From Vicugna vicugna (lineage: Eukaryota), in assembly GCA_013265495.1 (NCBI GenBank), contig MU058384.1, positions 3,137,010-3,201,009 of the forward strand: 64,000 bases of DNA. Reading direction: 5' to 3'. Under the pieces are notes generated by a model. The model saw nothing but the letters and a program-made list of their open reading frames with translations. It had not been told where the DNA came from and did no database searches. Shown piece after piece: positions 37,758 to 50,120 of this stretch (position 1 is its first letter; the number at the start of each line of letters is the position of its first letter). The translations under genes and the position numbers were made by a program.

Positions 37758-39418
37758 CAGAGGTCAGCAAAACTTTCTTTAAAGAGTCAGCTAGAAACAG
37801 AATAGAGAACCCAGAAATAAACCCACAGACCTAGGTCAATTAATCTTTGACAAAGGAGGCAAGAATATACAATAGAGAAAACACAGTCTCTTCAGCAAGT
37901 GGTGTGGGAAAACTGGATAGCCTCATGTAAATCAATGAAGTTAGAACACTCCCTCACACCATACACAAGAATAAACTCAAAATGCTTTAAAGATTTAAAT
38001 ATAAGATAAGACATGATAAATCTCCTAGAAGAAAACATAGGCAAAACATTCTCTGACATAAATCTTAGCAAAGTTCTCCTAGGGCAGTCTACCCAGGAAA
38101 TAAAAATAAGAGCAAAAATAAACAAATGGGACCTAGGTAATCTTATAAGCTTTTGCACAGCAAAGGAAACCATAAGCAAAACAAAACGACAACCTACGGG
38201 ATGGGAGAAAATATTTGCAAGTGATGTGACTGACAAAGGCTTAATTTCCAGAATATATAAACAGCTCATACAACTTAATAACAAAAAACCCCCAAATAAC
38301 ACAATCCAAAAATAGACAGAAGACCTAAACAAGCTATTCTCCAATGAAGACATACAAATGGCCAATACACACATGAAAAAATGCTCAGTATCACTAATTA
38401 TCAGAGAAATGCATATCAAAACTACAATGAGGTATCACCTCAACAACTGTGGCCATCAGCCATCATTCAAAAGTTCATGAACGATAAATGCTGGAGAGGG
38501 TGTGGGGAAAAGGGAACCCTCCTATACTGTTGGTGGGAATGTAATTTGGTGCAGCCATTATGGAAAACAGTATAGAGATTCCTTAAAAAACTAAAAATAG
38601 ACTTACCATATGATCCAGCAATCCCACTCCTGGGTATATATCCAGAGGGAACTATAAATCAAAAAGATACATGCACCCCAATGTTCATAGCAGCACTATA
38701 TACAATAGCCAAGACATGGAAGCAACCTAATGTCCATCAAAAGATGATTGGATAAAGAAGTGGTGGTATATTTATACAATGGAATACTACTCAGCCATTA
38801 AAAAATATCATTTGCAGCAACATGGATGGACCTAGAGATCATCATTCTAAGTGAAGTAAGCCAGAAAGAGAAAGAAAAATACTATATGATATCACTCATA
38901 TGTGGAATCTAAGAAAAGGGGAAAAAAGTACACTATGATCTCATCTACAAAACAGACACAGACTAGCAGACATAGTAAATAATCTTACGATTATTGAGGA
39001 AAGGGGTGGAGAGGGATACATTTGGGAGTCTGAGATTTGCAAATGTTAGCCACTATATATAAAAATAGATTAAAAAACAAAAATGAGCTTCTTCTGTACA
39101 ACACAAGGAATTATATTTAATATCTTGTAATAACCTTTAATGTAAAAGAATATGAAAACAAATATATGTATGTATACACATGACTGAGACGTTGTGCTGT
39201 ACACTAGAAATTGATAAATTGTAACTGACTGTACTTTAATTTAAAAAAAAGAAAAGAGCCAGCTAGGAAATACGTTAAGTTCTGCAGACCATATGGTCTC
39301 TGTGGCAACTACTCCACTCTGTGATTGTAGTGGGGAAGCAGCTAAAGGCAATAGGTAAACAAGTGGACGTGGCCAGATTTGGCCCTCCATTTTCCTGGCT
39401 ATAGTTTGCATATCCTTG
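37758..39418. mobile_element. MER58A-like hAT MITE split by L1
   Basis: CAGAGGTCAGCAAA at 37758; remainder 39267-39418 ends AGTTTGCATATCCTTG; degenerate 8-bp TSD ATCTAGGT / GTCCAGGT. Confidence 0.8.
37795..39252 (+). mobile_element. 5'-truncated L1, ORF2 C-terminus and 3'UTR
   Basis: ORFs 38013-38315 ([23 protein letters not shown]) and 38381-38575 ([18 protein letters not shown]) are L1 ORF2; 14-bp TSD AAAGAG(T/C)CAGCTAG at 37781-37794 and 39253-39266. Confidence 0.97.
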
Positions 39419-39611
39419 GTCCAGGTGATGACGGCTTGGAACAGGATGGCATCAATAGAGGTGATGAGATGTGGTTGGATCCTGGGGTACTTTCTGAAGT
39501 AACAATGACAGGATTTGAAAATAGATTACATTCAGGACAGGAATAAAAGAAAGAAGTCATGAATGATTCCAAGAGTTTTGCATTGTAAAAGCCCAAAGAA
39601 TAGAGTTATCT

Positions 39612-39842
39612 TTGTACAGTTGCACAGGTTGTGCACTGCACAGGGCTGCAAGTTAAAGAGGACCCTGACTACATTGTAGAAATATCAATTTGTTTATTTA
39701 TTATAATTTTCTATCTGAAGTGTCCTTTCTAACAAATTGGATATCATGATGGTTTTCCAATAGATGGAAATAACGTACTGTGTGGAAGAAATTCCTTTCA
39801 CTAATTCATACCAAACTTCTCAGTGAGTTAGTAATGACTCTG
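39612..39842. mobile_element. MER91-like hAT fragment
   Basis: GTACAGTTGCACAGGTTGTGCACTGCACA start motif. Confidence 0.5.
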
Positions 39843-39866
39843 CTCTAATTTTATAGAAATCATGAT

Positions 39867-39943
39867 TTATTTTCGTAAGTTTTCTTGACGTATTCCCAAT
39901 CTAAATTATTTTCGTAAGTTTTCTTGACGTATTCCCAATCTAA
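39867..39943. repeat. Tandem duplication, period 39 bp
   Basis: TTATTTTCGTAAGTTTTCTTGACGTATTCCCAATCTAA occurs twice, identical. Confidence 0.97.
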
Positions 39944-40469
39944 GAGTCCTAATACAGAAATGTGATTTGGGATCATATAATGTATATAAGGTTGATGACC
40001 ATCCCATGAATGTTTGCAGCACACATAAACAATTCCTCTTTAATTATCGACTTTTTCATAGAATTTCAGCTGTCTTGACACAAATCTCCGGGCCCCAGTG
40101 AATTCTAACAGCAACTCTAGCATTCAAAGAACATATATGGAGAGAATAAATTTAAGGTATATTTTAATATTTTCATGTTAAATTTTATATAAAAGATAGA
40201 TCAATATAGGAAAAGTATAATCTTTATCGGTTTTAAAATTCAGTGCATATATGTGCAAAACTATGTCAGCTGTGAAATTAATTTTCCTATTAAGTTAATC
40301 AATCATTTAGCATGTTAACAATTTTAGTAGTTGCAGTGTCTTTCTTCATATAATTTTAAATATATCAATTTATTACAATGAAAGAATAATTTATTTTACT
40401 TACTAGCCAAAAGGTGTTAATACTGTTTTTAAATGTGAATACGTTACCCCATTAGTCACATGCTTAATA

Positions 40470-41100
40470 TGACTAATCATTAGGGAAAAGCATCTTAAAG
40501 CCACAATTGAGATACTGCTTCCCACCCATTAGGATGACTATCATCAAAAAACAAACAAGCAAACAAATAAAACAGAAAATGACTTGTTGGCCAGGATATG
40601 AAGAATTTGGAACCCCTGTGTGCTCCGTGGGAATGTAAAATGGTACAGTCGCTGTGGAAAACAATATTATGGCTCCTCAAAAAAATAAACAGAATTACTA
40701 GATGATCCAGCCATTCTTTTCTGGATATATACCCAAAAGAATTGAAAGCAGGGACTTGAGATATTTGTGTACCTGTGTTCATAGCAACATTATTCACAAC
40801 ACCCAAGTGCCCAACAGTGGATGAATGGATAAACATGTGGTATCTATATACAATGAAATAGTGTTCAGCCTTAAAGGAAATTTGGAGGGACGTTACAATA
40901 TGAATGAACCTTAAGGATATCGTGCCAAGTAAAACAGGCCACTGACAAAGGGACAAATATGGTATGATTTTACTTATATGAAGTTTCTAGGGTTGTCAAA
41001 TTCATAGAGACAGAAGGTAGAATAGTGGTTGCCAGGGGCTGGTGGAGGGGGAAAATGGGGAGTTGGTGTGAATAGGGAGTTAGTGTTTTGCAGGTGCAGT
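40470..41100 (+). mobile_element. L1MB-like ORF2 end and 3'UTR
   Basis: GTGGGAATGTAAAATGGTACAG...TTCATAGAGACAGAAGGTAGAATAGTGGTTGCCAGGGG. Confidence 0.9.
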
Positions 41101-42193
41101 GTTTCAGTTGGGGAAGCTGAGACAGAGAAAAAAAAATTATATGAGAAGATCTAGTGTTTCTCTTAATAGAAAATTGTAGGAGAGAAAATAGTGAAATTAA
41201 ATCATGGGAAATGTTAAGGGAAAAAAATGGTTGAGAGCCTATAATGATGACGTCAGCCAAAATGCAGTTTCCTCTACAAGAGTGGAGTTAACGCAGTGTC
41301 TTCTGTAAATCTCCGCTCCTGCCACAGGCTGGAGAGTTAAGCGAACTGCAGGAGATGCAAGTCTGTCCTTCGGCAGTGCTAATGGCTCTACCACAGCTGT
41401 AGGAAAGTGACTGAGACCAAAATGTCATTTCCAATCAACCTTCCTAAGTAACCTGCACTTAAACAACAGTAAAAATTAAACTGAGCCAGTAAAACCCGGT
41501 GTGGAAACAGAAGAGGAGAAGTGGCCGTCAGTAAAACACTGAATGCATCATGCAGGCGAGTTGGACTTGTCAGAGGGTGGTGCCTCGGAGAGCATTTTGA
41601 ACATACGAACCTGAGCTGTCTTTTCTCTCTTTGTGATGTACTGCTGCTGTTACTGGTGAAGGCCACATGGTTGCCTGCCGGTCCCCTTCTTTTAGTGTCC
41701 TCCCCCAGAGCAAAGACCTCCCTTTTCTCCGGGTTGGATGGCTTCAGTGGTGTGGCTGTGACAATGGATGCTCATTTCACCTCTACAAAAGGGTTTAATG
41801 ATTAAAAGGCCACATCGTGGGGCTCAACCACAAAACTCTTTCTTTTACTCCCGTGAAGCTCCTCTGATTCAAAATGTTCTTTGGACAGGATCAAGAGTGG
41901 TTCTCATTTTACTGAGTTGCAGTAACATCTGAATTTTTATCTACTACCCCCTACTCAGTACACATAGTTAATGTGTAATTAATGAAACACACTTTCTTGG
42001 AGTGGCACACAATCACACAGGCTCCCCAACAAATCCCCTCTGGTTCCAATAAAGCAGGGCTGCCTTCAGTTCCTTGTTCCCTCATTCAGAGCTGGTAATA
42101 AAACCAATCACAGGCTTATCTAGCCAGCTTACATCTTAATCTTTTTTCACTCTCTCTCTCTTCTTCCTCTATCTCCTTGAGGGGAAAGAATGA

Positions 42194-42226
<33 letters not shown>

Positions 42227-42292
42227 AAAAGAAAAAAGAAAATAAGAGAGAGGAGGAGGAAAAGAGCCCCACATAACAATTACAGTTCATCT

Positions 42293-42550
42293 CTTTTTTT
42301 TTCTTTTATTGAAGTATATAGTTGCAGTACAATATTATACAGGTTACAAGTGTACAATGTAGTGATTCACAATATTTAAAGGTGATACTCCAGTTGTAAT
42401 GATAAAATATTGGCTCTGTTCCACGGGTTGTACAACATATCCTTGCACTTTATTTTATACCTAATAGTTTGTACCTCCTAGTCCCCTACACCTATGTGGA
42501 ATCTCCCTACTTCCCTCTCCCCACTGGTAACCACTAGTTTGTTCTCTATA
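42293..42550 (-). mobile_element. L1 3' end
   Basis: TTTTATTGAAGTATATAGTTG...CCCCACTGGTAACCACTAGTTTGTTCTCTAT. Confidence 0.88.
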
Positions 42551-45500
42551 GATCTTCTCTTTTTTATACATCATTGAAGCTTACTGGGGAAGGAGGGGGT
42601 GAACCAGACACCCAAAAGTATCAGCTCTGGATGGGGGCAGAGCTGAGAGGGCTTCTAGGAAAGAGACAAAAAAAAAAAAAGAAATAATAGAAGGAAAAAC
42701 ACTTCAACATCCATGTGATTTAAAAAGATGAACAGAATAAAATTAAGACTGATGTGGGCAGATCCTGAGTGTAGACCAACGGCTGGGGCTACGTTGCTGT
42801 TCTAATGCAGTTTCCCTATTGTGATACCAATGTGCCACTGCAAATGCATATAGTCCCCTACATGCCCTCCTTGTCGCTTAGCCCTGCAGAACTCTTCCTT
42901 CTGAATTTACTCTGATCAGACCAGGAGTTCCAGCAGTGACTGGTAACTCCAGAGACTAGATGACAAAATCATTTTTGAGCCCCTTGAAGAACTGTGAACA
43001 GACTCAGCAGATTTGGAAACGTGGTGTCTTGGTGGGCATCCTCTCTGGAATGCATCTGAATTAGTGCTTTCCTCAACTACGTGAGAAGGTTTGCTATCTC
43101 AGCCTGTGTGCACTGTTTCTTTTAAATATGCTTGAGATCTGGATTATTTCAGAACATACGCAATTATTTCCTAGAAGTTCTTGAATGATAGTCTTTGAAA
43201 GGTCAATACTTTTTTAAGGCTAAATCCTGTAACTTTTGTAACAGACAAGTCAAATGAACCTGTTTTCATTTGGAAAACACTGAGGGAACTACATGAAAAT
43301 AAAAGGGATCAACTGCTACATCTAGAACGTATGGTCAGTTACAATCCACCAGCTGTGATTATTGAAAGCTATCTTTTTGACTCTTGACCTGGACAGAGTG
43401 AATCTCAATAAACATTAGATACTAGGAATACCAAATTGTACTGGAAGATCTGTAGTATCTTCCATGATAGTCCACTCAGTAGTGCATGTATTTTCTCCAG
43501 TTTAAATATTTTCATTTTGAAGTGAACAAATCACCAGAAAATAATATAAATGGGTCACTATGACTATCTGGTTCTCCAGTAGAGCTGAAGGATGATCCAC
43601 GTTCTAATTTATTTTATAACTGGACTGAGACTGTTCACTTGGGTGACTTTCTGATATTCTACAACTGGAGAAACGTTCAGAAATTTGTATGCAAAGTGGC
43701 AGATAGGAATCCCTTCAAATTCTACGGTCCTTAACTGTCTTAAGTGGCTTTACGCCACCAGCAAATGCCCCTACTTGAAATAGCAGTATAAGGAAAATCA
43801 TCAACCTCCTTTTAATTATAACTAAATACGGTGGTGATGCTGGGGGTCGTCTCTATCAGTTGTGGAAATTTCAGGGAACACCTTTCTCTGAATGCCTGCT
43901 GTTTTATCTATAAAGTGAGATTAATAATACTCAAAAAGGACTTAGGGAGTGTTACACAAATGCAAAATATTGTTGTATCTTTTCCTAAGATAAAGAAAAG
44001 CTGTGAAGACTAATCCAGAAGAATGGAGTAATATGTGCTATTTTCTCTAAATCTTTTTTTAACACCAGGGCTCAGCAGAGATTTATATGGTCAAGATATG
44101 AATGTTGGTTCTCTATCTGACTCTATTTGATTGAAATTTAGTCTAAATTTCATTTCTGACAGAGTGGGTGCTCTTCTTTCTCTGCACTAAGAAACTTGCT
44201 TAAACTTCTTTGGGCTACAGTTTCTTCATCTGAAACTGAGTTGATGAAAAGCTGCTGATGTTCATCACAAGAAATTCACATTATTTTAACAGTAGATTCA
44301 AACTACCATTATGGTATATGAAGACATTGAAATCAACATAATTTTTTACTCCAGCTTAAATAATGGTAATATCTCCAACTTTTATATATATAAATAATCT
44401 ATATGATATATGTTTCACATATCTAGTGCTGCAAAAGTTGCTGTCAGCAGCCTGTTTATGGTTCACAAATTATAAGTAAATTACTACAGAGTTTGTGTTA
44501 TATGAACGTTTGAACCACATCATAAGTAAATTGTACTGTATGGTGAAAATCAAATGTCTTTGGAGATAAAGCACCTTTTTTTAACCTGAAAGTGTTGTGA
44601 TCAAATTTTGGAAAATGACTAGCCACCAGAATTTACCGATCTGCTTTGGAATAATTAGTAATAGTCATGCCACTGGTGATGAGGTTTATTAAACTCAAAA
44701 TACTTAAGAGGGTTTTGTGCTCACTGTCCCAATCAAAACACTCTCTGTGATAAATTTTTTAAGATTTTCAATAACTTAATATTATAATATACCTGATATG
44801 AAGGAATTATCTCTACAAGTTATCTCAGAGTATTATGTATTTGTTTAATATGTTCATTAATATAACTTATTATTATTTAGACCAGATGCCAGTTTCATTT
44901 ATGCCAAAGTCTTAAAAAAAAAAAGGAAAAATTATGCATGTCAGGCTTAAGGCTCCTGGCTCTTATAAACTCACACATAACTGACACTCCCTTATTGGCT
45001 GGAGAGAACTGGTACAGAAACTGCTAGAATCACTGAGCATCTTCCCTGTTGGCCACACTGGCAACCCTCATGGCAAAGCTGAGGTTAGCCTACATTCTGA
45101 GATACACAAATAAAGAAGAAATGGAAAGCTTCAAAAGAAACTTCTTACACTTGATTCCAATGCATACATGGTTCAGGAGAGGATATAATGTTTGTAGACG
45201 GGATTAACCCCCTGCTGGTTCCTCTACATCTGAGAACACTGAGCCCTCCACTCCCACCCCCATTAAAGATAGGGGGAGGGTGTCTAGGATCAGCTGACCC
45301 TTCCAGAACTATAATTTCCCTAGAATAATTCAGAATAATTTCCTGACAACAAATGCCCAAAGCACAAAAGTACCATTGAGGTATAATGTCTGCAAGCTCC
45401 ACATTTCCCCAAAGGTTTCTTCTCAGACAGAAAAATAACAGCAACAGTGTAGAGTGGAGAGGCATGGGGTGTTGCTCTGAGAAAGTAAAAAGATCAGGAC

Positions 45501-46584
45501 AATGCAGCCTTTAAAGCAAAACTAATGGTAAAACAGCTACACTGTGATATCAATGTATATAGTCCTTGATTTCTGGCTTCATCTAGATGAAACTGTGATC
45601 TTGGAACCTACATTCCCTGGAATTACCCAAAGACAATTGATAAAGTTCCAATTTTCATGTAGAAAACAGAGGGAGGGGAGACATAGGCTTGCTTGCTGTC
45701 TTTTTCCTATACAAAAATAAATTAAAGGTGGAAACCATCTTCAGGTGCTCAGTGAATGTTAAAAGTATTTCTCCTGCATCTCTGTCTGCTGAGCACGGAA
45801 AGAAGAGTGAACACAATATATCTGTGTTTAATCATTAATGTGTTTATCTTTGCTGCTCCTAGCCTTTTAGGTTATACAACCTCAGAAGGTCAAGGACAGT
45901 GTCTGTTTACCTTGCCTGGTAACCTTGCATTTAACACATCACCCCACACAATGAACACCTGGTAAATGCTGGCATACCACCATCACAATGGTGGTGCTGA
46001 TGGAGGTGGCTGGAGTTTGCTTGGTTCCATGTAGTCCTGTGTTGAGTACGTGGTGTCTATGCAGCCTCCAGTATAAACCTCAAGCTGATAAACTGACAAG
46101 TTTCACCTATGGTGAGCTAGTTACTAGCTTTTCAGCCCAGCCCCCCACTACATTGGGGGTTGGGCTCGGCATATCAAAGCCAGAACATCAATTATTAGCA
46201 AGTGAAAATAATACCCAAATAACACCATCAGATTGTGTTTGTCTAAAGTTCCAAATCGAATTGTTCATTAGAATTTTTGAGAAATACCCAAATAACACCA
46301 AAATAGGGAAATAAACTATTCCAGAATGTTGTAAGTTTTTGCTTTGGAGGAATAAAAGCAACTGAGTTTCTTGGCTGGGGGTTCATGATCTCCCATTCTT
46401 ACAGGAGAGACCAAAAGAAAATGTAGGAAAGGGAGTAACAGAGATGGGGGAGCTTCAACTTCTCTCCGAGCTCATTTTCCTGTCTACACATAAGAAGCAT
46501 GGATGAAGGAAAACCAGCGTCCATTGACTTTGAATCCCAAGTCCTTTACTAGATATCATATTCTTCTTCCTTCAAACTTATTCT

Positions 46585-46915
46585 TTTATTTTTTTTATTA
46601 AGGTATAGTTGATTTACAATGTTCTGTTAGTTTAAGATTTACAGTCTCTAGGTCCATCCATGTTGCTGCTAATGGCATTATTTTATTCTTTTTTATGGCT
46701 AAATAATATTCCCTTGAATATATATATGTGTGTGTATGTGTGAGTGTGTGTATACGTGTGTGTGTGTGTATACATACATATGTGATTGCTGGATCATGTT
46801 AAGTCTATTTTTAGAATCTCCATACTGTTTCCCATAATGGCCACACCAAACTACATTCCCACCAATAGTGTAGGAGGATTCCCTTTTCTCCACACCCTCT
46901 CCAGCATTTATTATT
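46585..46915 (-). mobile_element. L1 3' end with internal deletion
   Basis: 3' terminus joined directly to TCTCTAGGTCCATCCATGTTGC, skipping most of the 3'UTR seen in sister copies; (TG/TA) expansion inside. Confidence 0.85.
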
Positions 46916-47549
46916 TCTTTTAAACCTGTTTTTCTACTACTGCATTACCTAAGCAATGATAGGCTGAGTTTTCTGTTTTGGGTGACTTGTAACAAGTCTT
47001 TTAATTTGCTAAAAGATAGTGTTGCCTAAATTTTGTATTATTAGTAGTATGCAGCACACAAAATGTGCTTCCTTGATGTATTCTAAAGAAAGGCCAAGTA
47101 TATATAGTAATAGAGTTACATATTAGGGATCTTATTTTACTTCAAGATGCTTTGAAACATGTAATTATGAACATGACTCTCCTTGTGAACTTGTGCTCAT
47201 TAACTGAATAAGTAATAAGATCTTGTTTGATCTTGGAATTCATTAGACATTGCAGCTGAAAGGCTGCTTCAGTTTTAATCCATCAAAATTGACAAGGTGA
47301 TAATAAAAAAAATCAGTATCACGTTCCCACTTATTACATTTTTTCAAGGCTGTGCTGTGCCTCATTAAACAGTGTTTTACGTTAGAAATATTTTTGTATA
47401 TATTTTTTATTGAAGTATATTTTTAAAGTAGGATTATCACATTTCTTTTAACATGAAGGCAGAATGAACTTCAGCTTAGGAAAAGGCTGCCACCAATTAA
47501 GTTAAGGATGGAACTGTAGAGCTAAATCCCTTTCTTCATCAACTCACCC

Positions 47550-48176
47550 TGAGACAGGAGGGAAGGGGGCAGGGCACAGCCATTAAAAGAATGACACAGC
47601 AATTGAGGATAGGACATAAACTGGTTAGAACCAACTAGGTCCAAAGTGGCAGAATACTTGACTTCCGGTAGACCTTGAGCCTCATTATATGCTCACTGTA
47701 ATACATTAGCATGCTAAATGATACACTCACAGGTGCCTTGACAGTCCTTAGGCTGACCATAAAAGGCCAAAAAGTGGGCAGGACCTAATTTCTGGGAATC
47801 CCTGCCCTTTCCCCAAAACAGAATAATCCTCACACTTGTTAGCATATGAAATTACTGAATCCATAAAAAATAACCAACCCCATACCCCAAGGCCTCTTAC
47901 CTTTTAAGATGGCCCATGTTCTGCCTATGGAATGTGTACTTGTTAGGGCTGCTCTCACTGCTCAAGAAGATCCTATCTCCTGTGGCTGCCTCTCTAGCCT
48001 TCTGAGATGACCCACACTCTGTCTAAGGAGTGTGTCTCTCCCTGAATAAATCTGCTTTCACTCTACTATGGCTCACTCTTGAATTTTTTTTTAACGTGAC
48101 GCCAAGGACCCTCACTTGGTGGGATGTGTCCCGGGAACTTGTCCAAGACCTGGAACACGGCCATTTTCCTGCAATA
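47550..48176 (+). mobile_element. ERV1 solo LTR, MER41-like
   Basis: TG start; 4-bp TSD ACCC at 47546-47549 and 48177-48180; CTCATTATATGCT..CATTAGCATGCTAAA and AATAAATCTGCTTTCACT motifs as in recalled MER41. Confidence 0.85.
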
Positions 48177-49054
48177 ACCCTGCAGCTCATAGCCCTGCAA
48201 CTGTGAGGAGAAGATGGCAAGGTAGATTCCAGAGAGTTCCTTCCTGTGCTTTAATTCCCAAAGCACCCCCGCTATATTCCAGAATTCTATTCAAAATTCC
48301 ACTCAGTGCAGTCAGCTAAGTTTCAGTTCTAGTCTGGTACTTGGCAAATAACTTAACTTCTTCATCAATTCTCTTACTAATTTGTGTTTGACCATTCTTG
48401 ACATTTCCGGTATTTGTTGCAAGTGTGAATTTAACTCATTCAGAAATTAATTTTTCTCATTTAGTTTCATGATTGGAATTTCCTGCAATGTTACAAATTT
48501 CATATAAATTCTGTGGAAGCATGTTAGAGCCCAGGACAGATGTATATCAGCAAAGTCAAATTTCAAATGAAAGCTACTATGTACTTTATCCTGATTTCCT
48601 TTAGCACCATCTCCTCCTCAGAATTCCCTTTGTGCCCTCCTTACAGAGGGGTGATCAGTTCATTCTGATTGGGAAACATGCCACATGGCAATTTCCCTTT
48701 AATTTTTTTAAGCTTCTAACTGTTAAACATTTCTTTCACAATTGCCTATCTGTTGCCATTGACCATGGAAAAATTCTTCTAAGATTTAATGATACAAATT
48801 ATACCCGCTGGTGAATACTATTCTTCAGACTCAAACTTCAGGGCTTCCTGACACAGATTTCAGTTCCTGTTATCTTCTGGCTGCTTCCTCCTGGGCAAGT
48901 TCTGCCAGTCAGTGTCTTCTTCAGGTGCAGTGACAACACTAAACACAGAGAAATATACGAGGACTGACCAGTGTATGAAGGAAGGTACTATCTCCTCTCT
49001 AGCTCTGGGATTCATATACCTATTCATAGAGTCCGAATGAATTTATTTTAGGGC

Positions 49055-50120
49055 ATATCTTAGCCATGATTGTTCAGAACACAGAGCCTGAGATCAGAAC
49101 TCTATGCAAATAAAAGCTTGCGTTCAGATAGTGTATTTGGGGAAGCAGAAGCAGTAAATGAGAATAGGGAATGAAAAGAATAAAACAGAACGAGGTAAAG
49201 GCAGCTGGTCACCACTGTGGGTGACCGGGGAATCTGTCCAGCTGGTACCCTCTGAAAAGCTAAAGAGAATGCACCTTAGAATTATCTGCTAGGGAATAGA
49301 GGAAAAGCACGTGTGTCCACTGGCTCCCCTTCCTCATTGATCCCAGATCATGGGGTATCACTTATCATGGGCTGTCAGGTCCCTCCCCCTTACTGGCCTG
49401 TACACGCACAAGGCCAATTCTGACCATGACAAGACATAAAGGGTGTGAAGGGCCCATGTGTGAAGCTGCTTACCAACAGCATTGGCTTTAAGAATAGCAG
49501 GTGGACATGCACCCCAATGTTCACAGCAGAACTATTTACAATAGCCAAGACACGGAAACAACTAAAATGTCCATTGACATGATAAAGAAGATACGGTATA
49601 TATATATACCGTATATATATAATGGAATATTTTTCAACCATGAAAAAGAATAAAATCATGCCATCTGCAGCAACATGAATGGACCTAGAGATTATCATAC
49701 TAAGTGAAAAAGTCAGATGAAGAAAAATATATAATATCACTTATATGTGGAATCTAAAAAAATTATACAAATGAACTTATTTACAAAACAGAAACAGACT
49801 CACAGACATAGAAAACAAACTATGGTTACTAAAGGGGAAAGGGGGAGAGGGATAAATTAGAAGTTTGGGATTAGCGGATACAAACTACTACATATAAAAT
49901 AGATAAACAACAAGGTCCTAATGTTTAGCACAGGGAGCTACATTTATTATCTTGTAATGAAAAAGAATATGAAAAAAGTATATATATATAAAACTGAATC
50001 ACTATGCTGTACACCAGAAACTAACACAATATTGTAAATCAACAAAACTTCAATTAAAAGAAAAAAAAAAAAAGAATAGGTGGGCTAAGATGATGTGAGG
50101 CCGGGGACAAGAGGTACCCA
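49055..50120 (-). mobile_element. ERVL/MaLR LTR (LTR16-like) split by L1
   Basis: TATCTTAG...CAGAGCCTGAGA...TATTTGGGGA start; resumes after the L1 tail. Confidence 0.55.
49505..50071 (+). mobile_element. 5'-truncated L1 3' end
   Basis: ACATGCACCCCAATGTTCACAGCAG...poly(A); imperfect TSD AAGAATAG(CAG)GTGG. Confidence 0.95.

Larger units (their letters stand above)
37230..39600 (-). mobile_element. L2 fragment hosting a MER58A-like element and an L1
   Basis: Purine-rich antisense L2 at 37230-37757 resumes at 39427 (GATGACGGCTTGGAACAGG). Confidence 0.7.

Noticed and set aside
37892..38575. Longest ORFs (175 aa minus; 100 and 64 aa plus)
   Set aside because: Antisense and frameshifted sense translations of L1 ORF2
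40495..40956. 153-aa ORF
   Set aside because: Antisense to an L1MB 3' region
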